Source: Methanopyrus kandleri AV19
GTDB taxonomy: Archaea; JAADCQ01; Methanopyri; Methanopyrales; Methanopyraceae
Reading direction: 5' to 3'
Assembly (NCBI RefSeq): GCF_000007185.1
Contig: NC_003551.1
Location: 630,001-662,000 of the forward strand
Length of the DNA: 32,000 nt
The first letter of the stretch is position 1. Every line of letters starts with the position of its first letter. Shown piece by piece: positions 1-9,000 of this stretch. Under the pieces are notes generated by a model that was given only the letters and a program-made list of their open reading frames with translations, had not been told where the DNA came from and searched no databases. The position numbers were made by a program, and so were the translations under genes.

Positions 1-332
1 ATCGAGGCGCCCGGAGCCTTCGGCTGTGGATCCACGAGCGTCCCGCTCCTACCCACACCGTGGCAGAACCCGAACACGGACTCCTCCGCAAGCCTTGAGG
101 CTACCCGGGCTTCCCTCTCCCCGATACGTGCCGCCTTGGGGTCCTTGTCGGTGTCCATCCTCGACAGCTCCCACAGGAACGTCGCGATGACGTCGTCCGG
201 CCAGCCCTCCTCCGGCATCCTACGCTCGCTGAGGAGTCGTTCCACGGGTTCCCTGTAGGAGTCGAGCACGGTACGCCCACGCTCCAGCATGTGGTCGGGG
301 ATGAGTCCCCGCATGTCCTCCGGGTCCAGCAA
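1..332 (-). CDS. spcS: O-phosphoseryl-tRNA(Sec) selenium transferase (SepSecS), N-terminal part, truncated by left window edge
   Basis: Manual reverse-complement translation gives ...LLDPEDMRGLIPDHMLERGRTVLDSYREPVERLLSERRMPEEGWPDDVIATFLWELSRMDTDKDPKAARIGEREARVASRLAEESVFGFCHGVGRSGTLVDPQPKAPGAS, closely matching the archaeal SepSecS N-terminus (MDTDKDP, RIGEREAR, GFCHG(I/V)GRSG.LVDPQPKA.GAS). Open to the window edge, so absent from the ORF track. Start could be TTG 332, GTG 341 or ATG 314. Confidence 0.88.
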   Translation of the reverse strand, partial: MLDPEDMRGLIPDHMLERGRTVLDSYREPVERLLSERRMPEEGWPDDVIATFLWELSRMDTDKDPKAARIGEREARVASRLAEESVFGFCHGVGRSGTLVDPQPKAPGAS

Positions 333-690
333 GGTCGACACCCCGGTCGTCGAGCTACGTGGGAAGTCGAGAGCCGTCTCCCGTGAGGTACTCCTGGCGC
401 TCGAGGAGCTCGAGGAGCTGAACGTTAAAGTCGTGAGCGCTGGGGTCGACCTCGGCGAGGAGGACCGGCCCACGTTCTACGCGGCTCGATTCCTGGACCT
501 TCCCGAGCTCGAGGTCGACCGGAGAACGGCCGTCCGGTTGCTCCAGGGGGAGGAAATCCCGGTGGACGCGAGGCCGGGCCATTACCGGGTGATCGTCGGG
601 AACGTGGTCCTGGGTGTGGGGAAAGTCGGTCGTGACGGGAAACTCCGATGCCGTGCACCGAGGAAGTACGCGAGACTCAGGTTGTGGTGA
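289..690 (+). CDS. Small protein with possible PUA/RsmF-like RNA-binding C-terminus; true start probably downstream of 289
   Basis: Open frame ending 4 nt before the methyltransferase start at 694. C-terminus GHYRVIVGNVVLGVGKVGRDGKLRCRAPRKYARLRLW has a PUA-like look. The 5' end of the longest form overlaps the SepSecS start region, so a shorter form is likely. Confidence 0.5.
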   Translation: MWSGMSPRMSSGSSKVDTPVVELRGKSRAVSREVLLALEELEELNVKVVSAGVDLGEEDRPTFYAARFLDLPELEVDRRTAVRLLQGEEIPVDARPGHYRVIVGNVVLGVGKVGRDGKLRCRAPRKYARLRLW

Positions 691-693
691 GCG

Positions 694-1617
694 ATGAGGT
701 ACGTGGAAGAGTTCCGTGAGCGTTTGGAGCGGATCTTCGGTGACCGTGCCGAGGACGTGTACCGGTACCTGTTGGAGGGTCGTCCACCCACTTACGTCCG
801 GGTGAACACGCTGAAGGCGGACGTCGAGGAGGTTGTGGAGAACCTCGAAACGGCGGGAGTCGAGCTCGCCGAAACCCCACTATCGTACGCCTTCCGTGTC
901 CTCAGTAGTCCCGGGCCGCTGGGTTCCTCGCTGGAACACGTGGCCGGTTACCTTTACCTTCAGGACCTGGCTTCGATGGTCCCCCCGGAGCTCCTTGACC
1001 CGGAACCTCCGGGTCCCGTGATAGACCTGTGCGCGGCCCCCGGGAGCAAAACCACGCAGTTAGCACAGCTGCTCGGCGGCGAGGGCGTCGTACTGGCCGT
1101 CGACGCCGACCCTCGGCGCGTCCGGGCTCTGGTTCACAACGTGAACAGGCTGGGATGTGTCAACGTGATCGTGGCACACGCCGACGCGGCACGTCTGCGT
1201 ATCAGCGCCCCTTTCCTCCTGCTGGATCCCCCGTGCTCGGGTGAGGGCACCCTGCACCGAGATCCACACGCCCTACGTACCTGGACTCCGAAGAAACCCG
1301 GGAGGTTCGCCCGGACGCAGCTGCGCCTCCTGAGGGCCGCCCTGAGGATGCTGCCGCCGGGCGGCCGTCTGGTGTACTCGACCTGTACGTTCTCCGTCGA
1401 AGAGAACGAGCTGGTGATCCACGAGGCTCTAGGGAACGACGACAGGTACCGGATAGTCCCGTCCGTCCCACGGTGGCTCGAACCTCACACCGTCCCCGGG
1501 CTAACCGAGTGGGAAGGGAGGGAGCTCCGGGAGGACCTGAGGCACGCCTTCAGGATCGATCCGGCCAGCCTAGAATCCGACGGTTTTTTCGTCGCGGTAA
1601 TCGAGCGTCGCCACTGA
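694..1617 (+). CDS. NOL1/NOP2/Sun family RNA (cytosine-5) methyltransferase
   Basis: 307-aa ORF with TYVRVNTLK, DLCAAPGSKTTQLAQLL, LLDPPCSGEGTLHRDP and LVYSTCTFSVEENE, the SAM-binding and catalytic PC/TC motifs of the family. Confidence 0.95.
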   Translation: MRYVEEFRERLERIFGDRAEDVYRYLLEGRPPTYVRVNTLKADVEEVVENLETAGVELAETPLSYAFRVLSSPGPLGSSLEHVAGYLYLQDLASMVPPELLDPEPPGPVIDLCAAPGSKTTQLAQLLGGEGVVLAVDADPRRVRALVHNVNRLGCVNVIVAHADAARLRISAPFLLLDPPCSGEGTLHRDPHALRTWTPKKPGRFARTQLRLLRAALRMLPPGGRLVYSTCTFSVEENELVIHEALGNDDRYRIVPSVPRWLEPHTVPGLTEWEGRELREDLRHAFRIDPASLESDGFFVAVIERRH

Positions 1618-1690
1618 CAATTTAGTGTACGACCGTCACCCTCCGAGTGGGACTTAATCACGTCCACCTCCACTCTCTGCGGGTGATCAC

Positions 1691-2797
1691 GTGGCAGGAG
1701 ACAACGAAGCGACCGAAGTCGACAAGCGCGATATCGCCCTACTCCGCGCCTTAGAGGGCCTGAGCAGGGCCTTCGAGTGGGTTCCCGAGGACAAGCTGCT
1801 GGAACGGTTGCCGATGGATTACTCGGAGCTGGCAACCCGGCTGGAGAAGCTGGATTCCCTGGGGCTGATCGATTACCGGTACATACCGACGTACCAGACC
1901 TACGCCGCCAGGATGAAGGAGCGGGCCTACGACACCCTCGCTCTGTGGGACATGAAGAAGCACGACGTCTACGAGCGGCTCGGAACGATCATAGGCGAGG
2001 GCAAAGAGGCGACGATCGTGAACGCGAAGGACCCTGAGGACGAGTGGGTGGCCATCAAACTGCACAGGTACCACGCCCCGGAATTCAGGAGGATCAAGAA
2101 GACGCTCGCGTACGCCGCCGTGAAGGTTCGCGGGGAAGAACTTCGGGTGGACGACCACCGCATCGACGTACCGCGCGCCAAGGCCCAGGTCGAGATGAAG
2201 GTGCTCCAGCGCCTCCACTCCAAGGGGTTCCCCGTACCGGGGCCCCGAGCCATCAACCGTCACGCGGTCGCCATGGACATGATCGAGGGGCACGCCCCGG
2301 GTATACCGGCCCCACTGCTCGCCAAGATCAAGGTTAAGAACCCCGAAGAGGCCCTCGAGGTTATCCTGGAGGACTACCGGGAGATCGTCCTGGAGGGCCA
2401 CTATGTCCACGGCGACTTCAGCGAGCACAACATCCTGGTTACACCTGACGGCGAACTGTACTACGTCGACTGGCCTCAGGCCGTGCCGATCGAGCACCCT
2501 TCCGCACCGAAGCTCTGCTACCGCGACCTCAAGAACGTAATCGAGCATTTCAGGCGTAAGTACAGGATCCGCGTCCCCGACCCGAAGGAAGTGTACGACG
2601 AGATAGCGGACGACCTCCAGTCGCTGATGGAGGAGAAGAAGGAGGAGTACGAACGGCACAAGAAAGCCGCCGAGAGAACCCTCGAGAGGTTCGAGGAGAG
2701 CGTCGAGCGGGTGGAAGGTAAGCGTGAAGGTCGTAAGGCCGGACCGACGGAGGACGAGGAGGACAGGGTTCCCGGAGGTGGTGATGGCGGAGGGTAA
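1691..2797 (+). CDS. rio2: RIO2-type serine/threonine protein kinase
   Basis: 368 aa; N-terminal winged-helix region, GEGKEATIVNA nucleotide loop, AIKLHR, HGDFSEHNILV catalytic loop, YYVDWPQ metal-binding motif. GTG start at 1691 preceded by SD-like GGGTGAT at 1681-1687. Confidence 0.94.
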   Translation: MAGDNEATEVDKRDIALLRALEGLSRAFEWVPEDKLLERLPMDYSELATRLEKLDSLGLIDYRYIPTYQTYAARMKERAYDTLALWDMKKHDVYERLGTIIGEGKEATIVNAKDPEDEWVAIKLHRYHAPEFRRIKKTLAYAAVKVRGEELRVDDHRIDVPRAKAQVEMKVLQRLHSKGFPVPGPRAINRHAVAMDMIEGHAPGIPAPLLAKIKVKNPEEALEVILEDYREIVLEGHYVHGDFSEHNILVTPDGELYYVDWPQAVPIEHPSAPKLCYRDLKNVIEHFRRKYRIRVPDPKEVYDEIADDLQSLMEEKKEEYERHKKAAERTLERFEESVERVEGKREGRKAGPTEDEEDRVPGGGDGGG

Positions 2798-3431
2798 AAC
2801 CCCCGAGCAGGTCTCGGAGGCCCTGGAGGCGCTCCTACGGAGCGAGGGGATCGCGATAGCGTCCCGCGTCGATCCGGAGCTCCTCGACGACCTGGAGATA
2901 CCGGAGGACGCCGACGTGGAGTACGACGAGGCCGGTCGCGTCCTCGTGCTCAAGGATCCGGAGTACGAACCCCCATATCGGGGCGGACGAGTAGGGGCCG
3001 TCGCGGCGGGGACCTCCGACCTGCCCTACCTCTCCGAATGTGCCACCGTGCTGGAGGCGTTGGGGATCGAGGTGCACACGGAGATCGACGTGGGAGTGGC
3101 CGGTCCTCACCGACTCCTGGCCGCGGTTCGGAGGTTGCGGAAGTTCAGACCGCACGCGGTCGTGGCGGCGGCCGGGATGGACGGAACGATGCCGGTCGCC
3201 CTCAACGCGATGTTGGACGTTCCCGTCATCGGCTTACCCACCCCGGTCGGTTACGGGCTCGGGGGCTCCGGAGAAGCGGCGCTGCTCGGTATGCTACAAT
3301 CCTGCTCTCCCGGACTCGTCGTCGTGAATGTCGCCAACGGAATCGGTGCGGCGGCCGCTGCGGTTAAAATCGTCAGGGTGTGTCTGGAGGGGGAGAAACC
3401 ATCGAAGAAACCCAGAAACTCACGACGCTGA
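2784..3431 (+). CDS. larB: LarB-like protein (AIR carboxylase / PurE-related; nickel-pincer cofactor biosynthesis family)
   Basis: Translation from ATG 2784 (MAEGKTPEQV...) contains GTSDLPYLSECATVLEALGIEVHTEIDVGVAGPHRL and VVAAAGMDGTMPVALNAMLDVPVIGLPTPVGYG, typical of LarB. The track start at 2724 lies inside rio2; the ATG at 2784 has GGAGGTG upstream. Confidence 0.85.
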   Translation: MAEGKTPEQVSEALEALLRSEGIAIASRVDPELLDDLEIPEDADVEYDEAGRVLVLKDPEYEPPYRGGRVGAVAAGTSDLPYLSECATVLEALGIEVHTEIDVGVAGPHRLLAAVRRLRKFRPHAVVAAAGMDGTMPVALNAMLDVPVIGLPTPVGYGLGGSGEAALLGMLQSCSPGLVVVNVANGIGAAAAAVKIVRVCLEGEKPSKKPRNSRR

Positions 3432-4726
3432 GGGACGTGGAGGAGTACGTCGGAATACGGGAGCGGGTGATCGATCGAGGTGTCGGAGGGTCGTGCAGGG
3501 ACAGGGTGGAGGACTTCCTGGTCATGGAAAAGCCCTCGAGGAACACCTACATTCCCCTGACCATCGTCGGTGAGTGTCCCGAGTGCCGCGAGTACCACCG
3601 AGGGCGGGAGTGTCCCGAGTGCGGGCAGGATCTACGCCGACCGCGGCTTCGACCTCAGTTCGGGGGTCGCGGTCCACATACGCTGTTCTACCTGGAGAAG
3701 TACGACTGGGACACCATGAAGGCCGTACGTAGGATCGCACAGGCCTTGAGGAAGCACCACCGTCACTTCGGAATCGCCGGCATGAAGGACAAGCGGGCCG
3801 TCACCTCCCAGCGGGTAACCGTGCGGGGGGTACCTCCCGGAGTCCTGGCCCGGCTCAGGATCCGCGACCTCAAGATCGTACCGATGGGCCGTGCTCGACG
3901 CAAGCTACGTCCCGGAGACCTGTGGGGAAACAGGTTCGTTATCACCGTGCGTGGCGCGAAGGTACGTCGACTCCCCGAAGCCCTGAGGACGGTTCGGGAG
4001 CTCGGAGGCGTGCCCAACTACTACGGTCTCCAGCGGTTCGGCAGCCGACGCCCCGTCACCCACGTCGTCGGAAAGTACGTGGTACTCGAGGACTGGGAGA
4101 AAGCCGTCAAGACCTTCCTGACCCTCGAATACCCCCGCGAGTCACCTGAAGCCCTCGAGGCTCGACGGTGGTTGAAGGAACACTGGGGGGAGTTCAAGGA
4201 AGCACTACGGAGGTTCCCCAAGTTCCTCGACTACGAGCGTCACATCCTCGAGCACTTGGCCCGACATCCGCATGACTATATCAACGCCTTCCGTCGCCTA
4301 CCGATGTGGATACGTAGAATGTTCGTGCACGCTTACCAGTCGTACCTGTTCAACCGCATCCTCTCGGAGAGGATCGCCCGGGGTCTCCCGGTCCACCGGC
4401 CCGTCGAGGGGGACGTGACCCAGGACGGCCTGCCCACCGTCCCCCTCCCCGGGTTCCGCACGGAGCTCAGCGACGGCCCACAGGGCGAAATAGAGCGTGA
4501 GGTGTTGGAGGAGGAGGGCGTGAGGCTGGAGGATTTCGAAATAAAGAGCATGCCGGAGCTCTCGGCCGGCGGAGACCGGAAGCCGGCGTTGCTCCGAGTG
4601 TACGGGCTGCGTGCCGAGGCGATCGGTGACGATACCGTACGGTTCACGTTCTCGCTGCCTCGTGGCGGTTACGCGACCACCGTCCTGCGGGAGCTCTTAG
4701 GGTCGGAGGGAGTGTACGCCGACTAG
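3380..4726 (+). CDS. truD: tRNA pseudouridine(13) synthase, archaeal TruD family, with an N-terminal zinc-ribbon-like segment
   Basis: FGIAGMKDKRAVTSQRVTV catalytic region, NYYGLQRFG, and FVHAYQSYLFNRILSER. Start uncertain: GTG 3380 overlaps larB; GTG 3437 or 3467 are alternatives. Confidence 0.92.
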   Translation: MSGGGETIEETQKLTTLRDVEEYVGIRERVIDRGVGGSCRDRVEDFLVMEKPSRNTYIPLTIVGECPECREYHRGRECPECGQDLRRPRLRPQFGGRGPHTLFYLEKYDWDTMKAVRRIAQALRKHHRHFGIAGMKDKRAVTSQRVTVRGVPPGVLARLRIRDLKIVPMGRARRKLRPGDLWGNRFVITVRGAKVRRLPEALRTVRELGGVPNYYGLQRFGSRRPVTHVVGKYVVLEDWEKAVKTFLTLEYPRESPEALEARRWLKEHWGEFKEALRRFPKFLDYERHILEHLARHPHDYINAFRRLPMWIRRMFVHAYQSYLFNRILSERIARGLPVHRPVEGDVTQDGLPTVPLPGFRTELSDGPQGEIEREVLEEEGVRLEDFEIKSMPELSAGGDRKPALLRVYGLRAEAIGDDTVRFTFSLPRGGYATTVLRELLGSEGVYAD

Positions 4727-4887
4727 TACTCGTAGAAGGCGGCGCTACCGCACTCCTCGCACAGCCCCGCGAACCGCAGCTTTCCACGCTCTCGCTTGGC
4801 CCTCTTGTACTCCTCCTTCGTGCAGTTCGGACAGACCACCGCGGGGTCGTTGGGCGACACGATCGGTACGTGAGAGCTCTTCACCAT
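4723..4887 (-). CDS. 54-aa zinc-ribbon protein
   Basis: Manual translation: MVKSSHVPIVSPNDPAVVCPNCTKEEYKRAKRERGKLRFAGLCEECGSAAFYEY*. Two CxxC pairs (CPNC, CEEC). ATG 5 nt downstream of GGGTGAT (4893-4899 on this strand), complementary to the archaeal 16S 3' end. Convergent with truD, stop codons overlapping. Not in the supplied track. Confidence 0.75.
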   Translation of the reverse strand: MVKSSHVPIVSPNDPAVVCPNCTKEEYKRAKRERGKLRFAGLCEECGSAAFYEY

Positions 4888-4979
4888 CCGGTATCACCCC
4901 CTACGTCGCCGTACCGGCCCACAACGCCGTAGGTAAGGTAAAAAGAAAACCGCCGCGGCTCGTGGTGGGGCGGCGCGGT

Positions 4980-5999
4980 TTGAGCGTCCTCGAGAGGATC
5001 ATCCGCGGATCGGATCTGGATCGGGAAGAGGCCCGCGATTTGATGTGTCGAATCGTCGGCGGTGAGCTTTCCGACGTTGAAGTAGCCGGTATCTTGGTGG
5101 CGCTACGCTGTAAGGGGTACACCTCGGAGGAACTCGTAGGTTTCGTCGACGGGATGATGGAGCACGCGGTGAAGGTGGATCCGGACGTCGAGAGACTCGT
5201 GGATACGGCCGGCACCGGTGGGGACGAACTGGACACCTTCAACGCCAGCACGCTGGCGGGGCTCACCGCGGCGGCGGCCGGCGTGCCCGTCGCGAAGCAC
5301 GGGAACCGCAGCGTCACCAGCGAGTGCGGTAGTGCCGACATCCTGGAGGCCCTCGGTGTGAACATCGAGGCGGATCCAGACACGGTTAAGCGCTGCATCG
5401 AAGAGGTTGGATTCGGATTCATGTTCGCGCCGAAGTTCCATCCCGCCATGAAGAACGTCATGCCGGTACGCCGTAAGCTGGGGATCCGAACTGTCTTCAA
5501 CGTCCTCGGACCACTCACCAACCCCGCCCGGGAGCGCGTTACCGGGCAGGTCATCGGTGTGTACTCGGAAAACCTGCTGGACCTCGTGGCCGGTGCCCTC
5601 GCGGAACTCGGGGTTCGGAGGGGACTCGTGGTTTACGGTTTAGACGGTGTTGACGAGCTGAGCGTCACCTGCGAGAACGAGGTGGTGTACGTGGACGACG
5701 GGGAGGTGACGGATAGGGACACGGTGGCCCCCGAAGACGTCGGACTGGATCGAGCCGATCCGAAGGACGTCGCGGGTGCGGATCCGGAGACCTCGGCCGA
5801 GGAAGCTCGGAAGATCCTGGGCGGTGAGCTGCCCGTCGACCACCCGAAGGTCCAGATGACGGCGTTCAACGCGGGTGCCGCTCTCTACGTCGGGGAAGCC
5901 GTCGATTCGTTGGAGAAGGGAATTCAGCGCGCACTGGACGTCCTGGAGGAGGGACGGGCTCTGGAAGTCCTGGAGAAGGTAGTCGACCTCTCCTCCTAA
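4980..5999 (+). CDS. trpD: Anthranilate phosphoribosyltransferase
   Basis: GTGGDELDTFNASTLAGLTAAAAGVPVAKHGNRSVTSECGSADILEALGVN, PKFHPAMKNVMPVRRKLGIRTVFNVLGPLTNPA. Start could be TTG 4980 (chosen, aligns with the usual N-terminus) or GTG 4962. Confidence 0.94.
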   Translation: MSVLERIIRGSDLDREEARDLMCRIVGGELSDVEVAGILVALRCKGYTSEELVGFVDGMMEHAVKVDPDVERLVDTAGTGGDELDTFNASTLAGLTAAAAGVPVAKHGNRSVTSECGSADILEALGVNIEADPDTVKRCIEEVGFGFMFAPKFHPAMKNVMPVRRKLGIRTVFNVLGPLTNPARERVTGQVIGVYSENLLDLVAGALAELGVRRGLVVYGLDGVDELSVTCENEVVYVDDGEVTDRDTVAPEDVGLDRADPKDVAGADPETSAEEARKILGGELPVDHPKVQMTAFNAGAALYVGEAVDSLEKGIQRALDVLEEGRALEVLEKVVDLSS

Positions 6000-6059
6000 C
6001 ACCTCGTACCCCGGACGATACGTTTCGGACTCTATAACGATTGGTGCGGGCGGGGGCGT

Positions 6060-9000
6060 TTACCCGCCGTAGTCCTCGATGTAGTCCTCCGGCTTCGGGG
6101 GCTCCGGCTTCAGACCCTTCCTCTCCCGGATCTCCCGAATGATCTGCTCCTCCAGCTCCTCGGGCACGCGCTCGTAGCCGGCGTGCTCGGTGGTCCAGAT
6201 CGCGCGACCCTCGGTGGCCGATCGGATGTCGTTCGCGAATCCGAACATCTCGGCCACGGGTGCCTTACCCTTGATGATGACGGTATCTCCCTCCTGCTGG
6301 ATCTCCTCGATAGTACCTCTACGTCCCTGTATCTCCTTGGTCACGGCACCCATGTAGTCCTGCGGTACGGTCACGTAGATGTACTGCATCGGCTCGAGCA
6401 GGTGCGTGTCGGCCAGCAGCATGCCGCCGTAGATCGCGCGCTTGATCGCCGGGATCACCTGAGCCGGACCTCGGTGTACGGGGTCCTCGTGGATCTCGGC
6501 GTCCACGAGGCTGACCTTCACTCCTCGGCACGGCTCCTTCGCCAGCGGACCCTCCTCCATGGCCTCCTCGAAGCCTTCGATCAGCAGCTCCATCACCTCG
6601 TTCAGGTACTGCAGACCCACGGTCTTGTCCAGGAAGAAGTTCGTACCCTTGACGGTCTCGACGGCCTTCGCGTCGTCCCGGTCCATACCGTACTCCATCA
6701 GCGTCTCCTCGAGCTCCTTCTTGCTCATCTCCTCCGGGTTGAACTTGCCCTCCTCGATGGCCTCCACGATCTCCTCCTCGACGGGCTCCACCGTCACGTA
6801 GAACTTGTTGTGCTTGTTCGGAGACTTGCCCTCGACCTCATCGTCACAGACTCCGAACACGCCCTCTCGGTACACCACGATCGGCTCCGAGACCTTGATG
6901 TCCACACCGCGCTCCTTGATCCTGTGGGCGATGATCTCTAGGTGCAGCTCGCCCATACCGGAGACCAGGTGCTGTCCGGTCTCCTCGTTGATCTCGACCT
7001 TGACCGTCGGGTCCTCCTTCGCGATCTGGTGCAGGATCTCGATCAGCTTGGGCAGGTCCTGCGTGTTCTTAGCCTCGACGGCCACGGTGACTACGGGCTC
7101 GGCGAAGTGCTGCAGCTCCTCGAACGGCTCGATCGGATCCTCCGGGTCGGTCACGGTCTCACCGGCCCACACGTCGCGCAGGCCGGTCACGGCCGCTATG
7201 TTACCCGCCGGCACCTCGTCCGTGCGGATACGGTCCGGTCCCATGTAGATACCTACCTGCTGCACTCGGGTCTCCTTCTTGGAGCTCGCCAGGTACACCT
7301 GCTGACCCTCGCGGATCGTACCGGAATATACCCGGCCCGTCGCCACCTCACCCGCGTGCTCGTCGATCCGGACGTCCGTCACGACCATGGCCAGCTTGCC
7401 GTTCGGGTCGCACTTCCTCAGCGTCTTACCGTCCTCGCTCTCCGGATCACCCGGCCAGATCTGCTCGATACGGTACTCCTGCGCCGTGACCGGGTCCGGG
7501 AGATGCTTGACCACCATGTCCAGCACTACCTGGTACACGGGAGCCTCCTGGGCCAGCTCCTTCTGCTTGTCCTGCTGACAGTACTCGATGATGTCCTTGA
7601 ACGTGATCCCGGTCTTCTCCATGAACGGGAAGCTGATACCCCAACCGTAGTACGCGCTTCCGAACGCCACGGAACCGTCCTCGACGCTCACCTTCCACTC
7701 GTCCTTGAACTCCTCGGGCGCCATCTGCTCGATCATCTTGTTGACCTCGGAGATGATCTCCAGGAACCGGTTCTGCATCTCCTCCGGGCTCAGCTTCAGC
7801 TCGTTGATCAGTCTGTCTACCTTGTTGATGTACAGTACCGGCCTCACGCGCTCTCGGAGAGCCTGCCGGAGCACGGTTTCCGTCTGTGGCATCACACCTT
7901 CGACCGCGCATACGACCACGATCGCGCCGTCCACGGCTCGCATGGCCCGGGTCACGTCACCCGAGAAGTCCACGTGACCGGGGGTGTCGATGAGGTTGAT
8001 CAGGTACTCCTCGCCCTCATACTCGTGCACCATGCTGACGTTCGCGGCGTCGATCGTGATACCTCGCTCCTGCTCCATCTCGTCGAAGTCCAGCACGAGT
8101 TGATCTCCGGCCAGCTCCTCCGAGATCATCCCGGCGCCGGCCAACAGCTGGTCGGATAACGTCGTGTTGTGCACCACGAACCCTTCGGCGGCGAAGTTGT
8201 GATGCTCTTCGACCGTGAAGTCGTACACGTAACCGTCGTACTCGACCTCCTCGACGCGTACCACCTCCAGGAAGCAGACGTCGTCCCTGGCGAGCGCCTT
8301 CAACCTCTCGAGTGCCTCACCCTCGACCCCGACCGCCTCCAGGGTGCTGATCACCTTCTCGAGGCTCGACTTAGTCAGGCCCACCTGGCCACCCTCGTAG
8401 TTCGAGTAACAGTTGAACATCCTCGTGGTTGGGACGTCACCGCGAACTTCCCGAAGGATTTCCCCGCTGATCGGTACCTTCTCGAGCTCCGAGGACGACG
8501 CCTTCTCCATCAGTTTCTTCAGCTTCTCCGCCTTCTCGGGCTCCCGGAAGCCCGGGAACCTCTCGAGCGACCGGGCGCCCGACACGTACAGGGTGTAGGC
8601 ACCGTCTCCCTCCCTGAGGTAGCTGGCCACGTCGAACTTCTGCAGGAGCAACTGGAGATCTTCCAGGAACTCCCGGCTCACGGAAGTCACCGATACCGCG
8701 CTCCGACCCTCCTCGACGGTACCGTCCGCGTCGAAGTACCCGCGGATGAACTCGGCGATGCAGTCCAACGGTGCCCTGGTCAGGAAGTCGTTGACCCGGA
8801 TCCTGTGGGCCTTCTTCCTCCTCGGGTAGTCGAAGAGTGCCTCCAGGATCCTCGGGACGGTCTCCGGGAAGTCAATCCGCGCGGTCTTGCCCTCATACCT
8901 TCGGACTCGGACCTCCAGACCCATGTCGCTCGCGATCCGCTTTACCTCCCCCTGAATGGCTTCGGACCCGTTGGTGAGCTGGTTCCAGCACCCGTCACCG

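Noticed and set aside
1751-2953. 400-aa minus-strand ORF over rio2/larB
   Set aside because: Antisense shadow of conserved RIO2 and LarB coding sequences.
4947-4981. Inverted arms AAACCGC...GCGGTTT just before trpD as an attenuator
   Set aside because: Only 7-bp arms in GC-rich sequence, no leader peptide with Trp codons and no T-tract; insufficient support.
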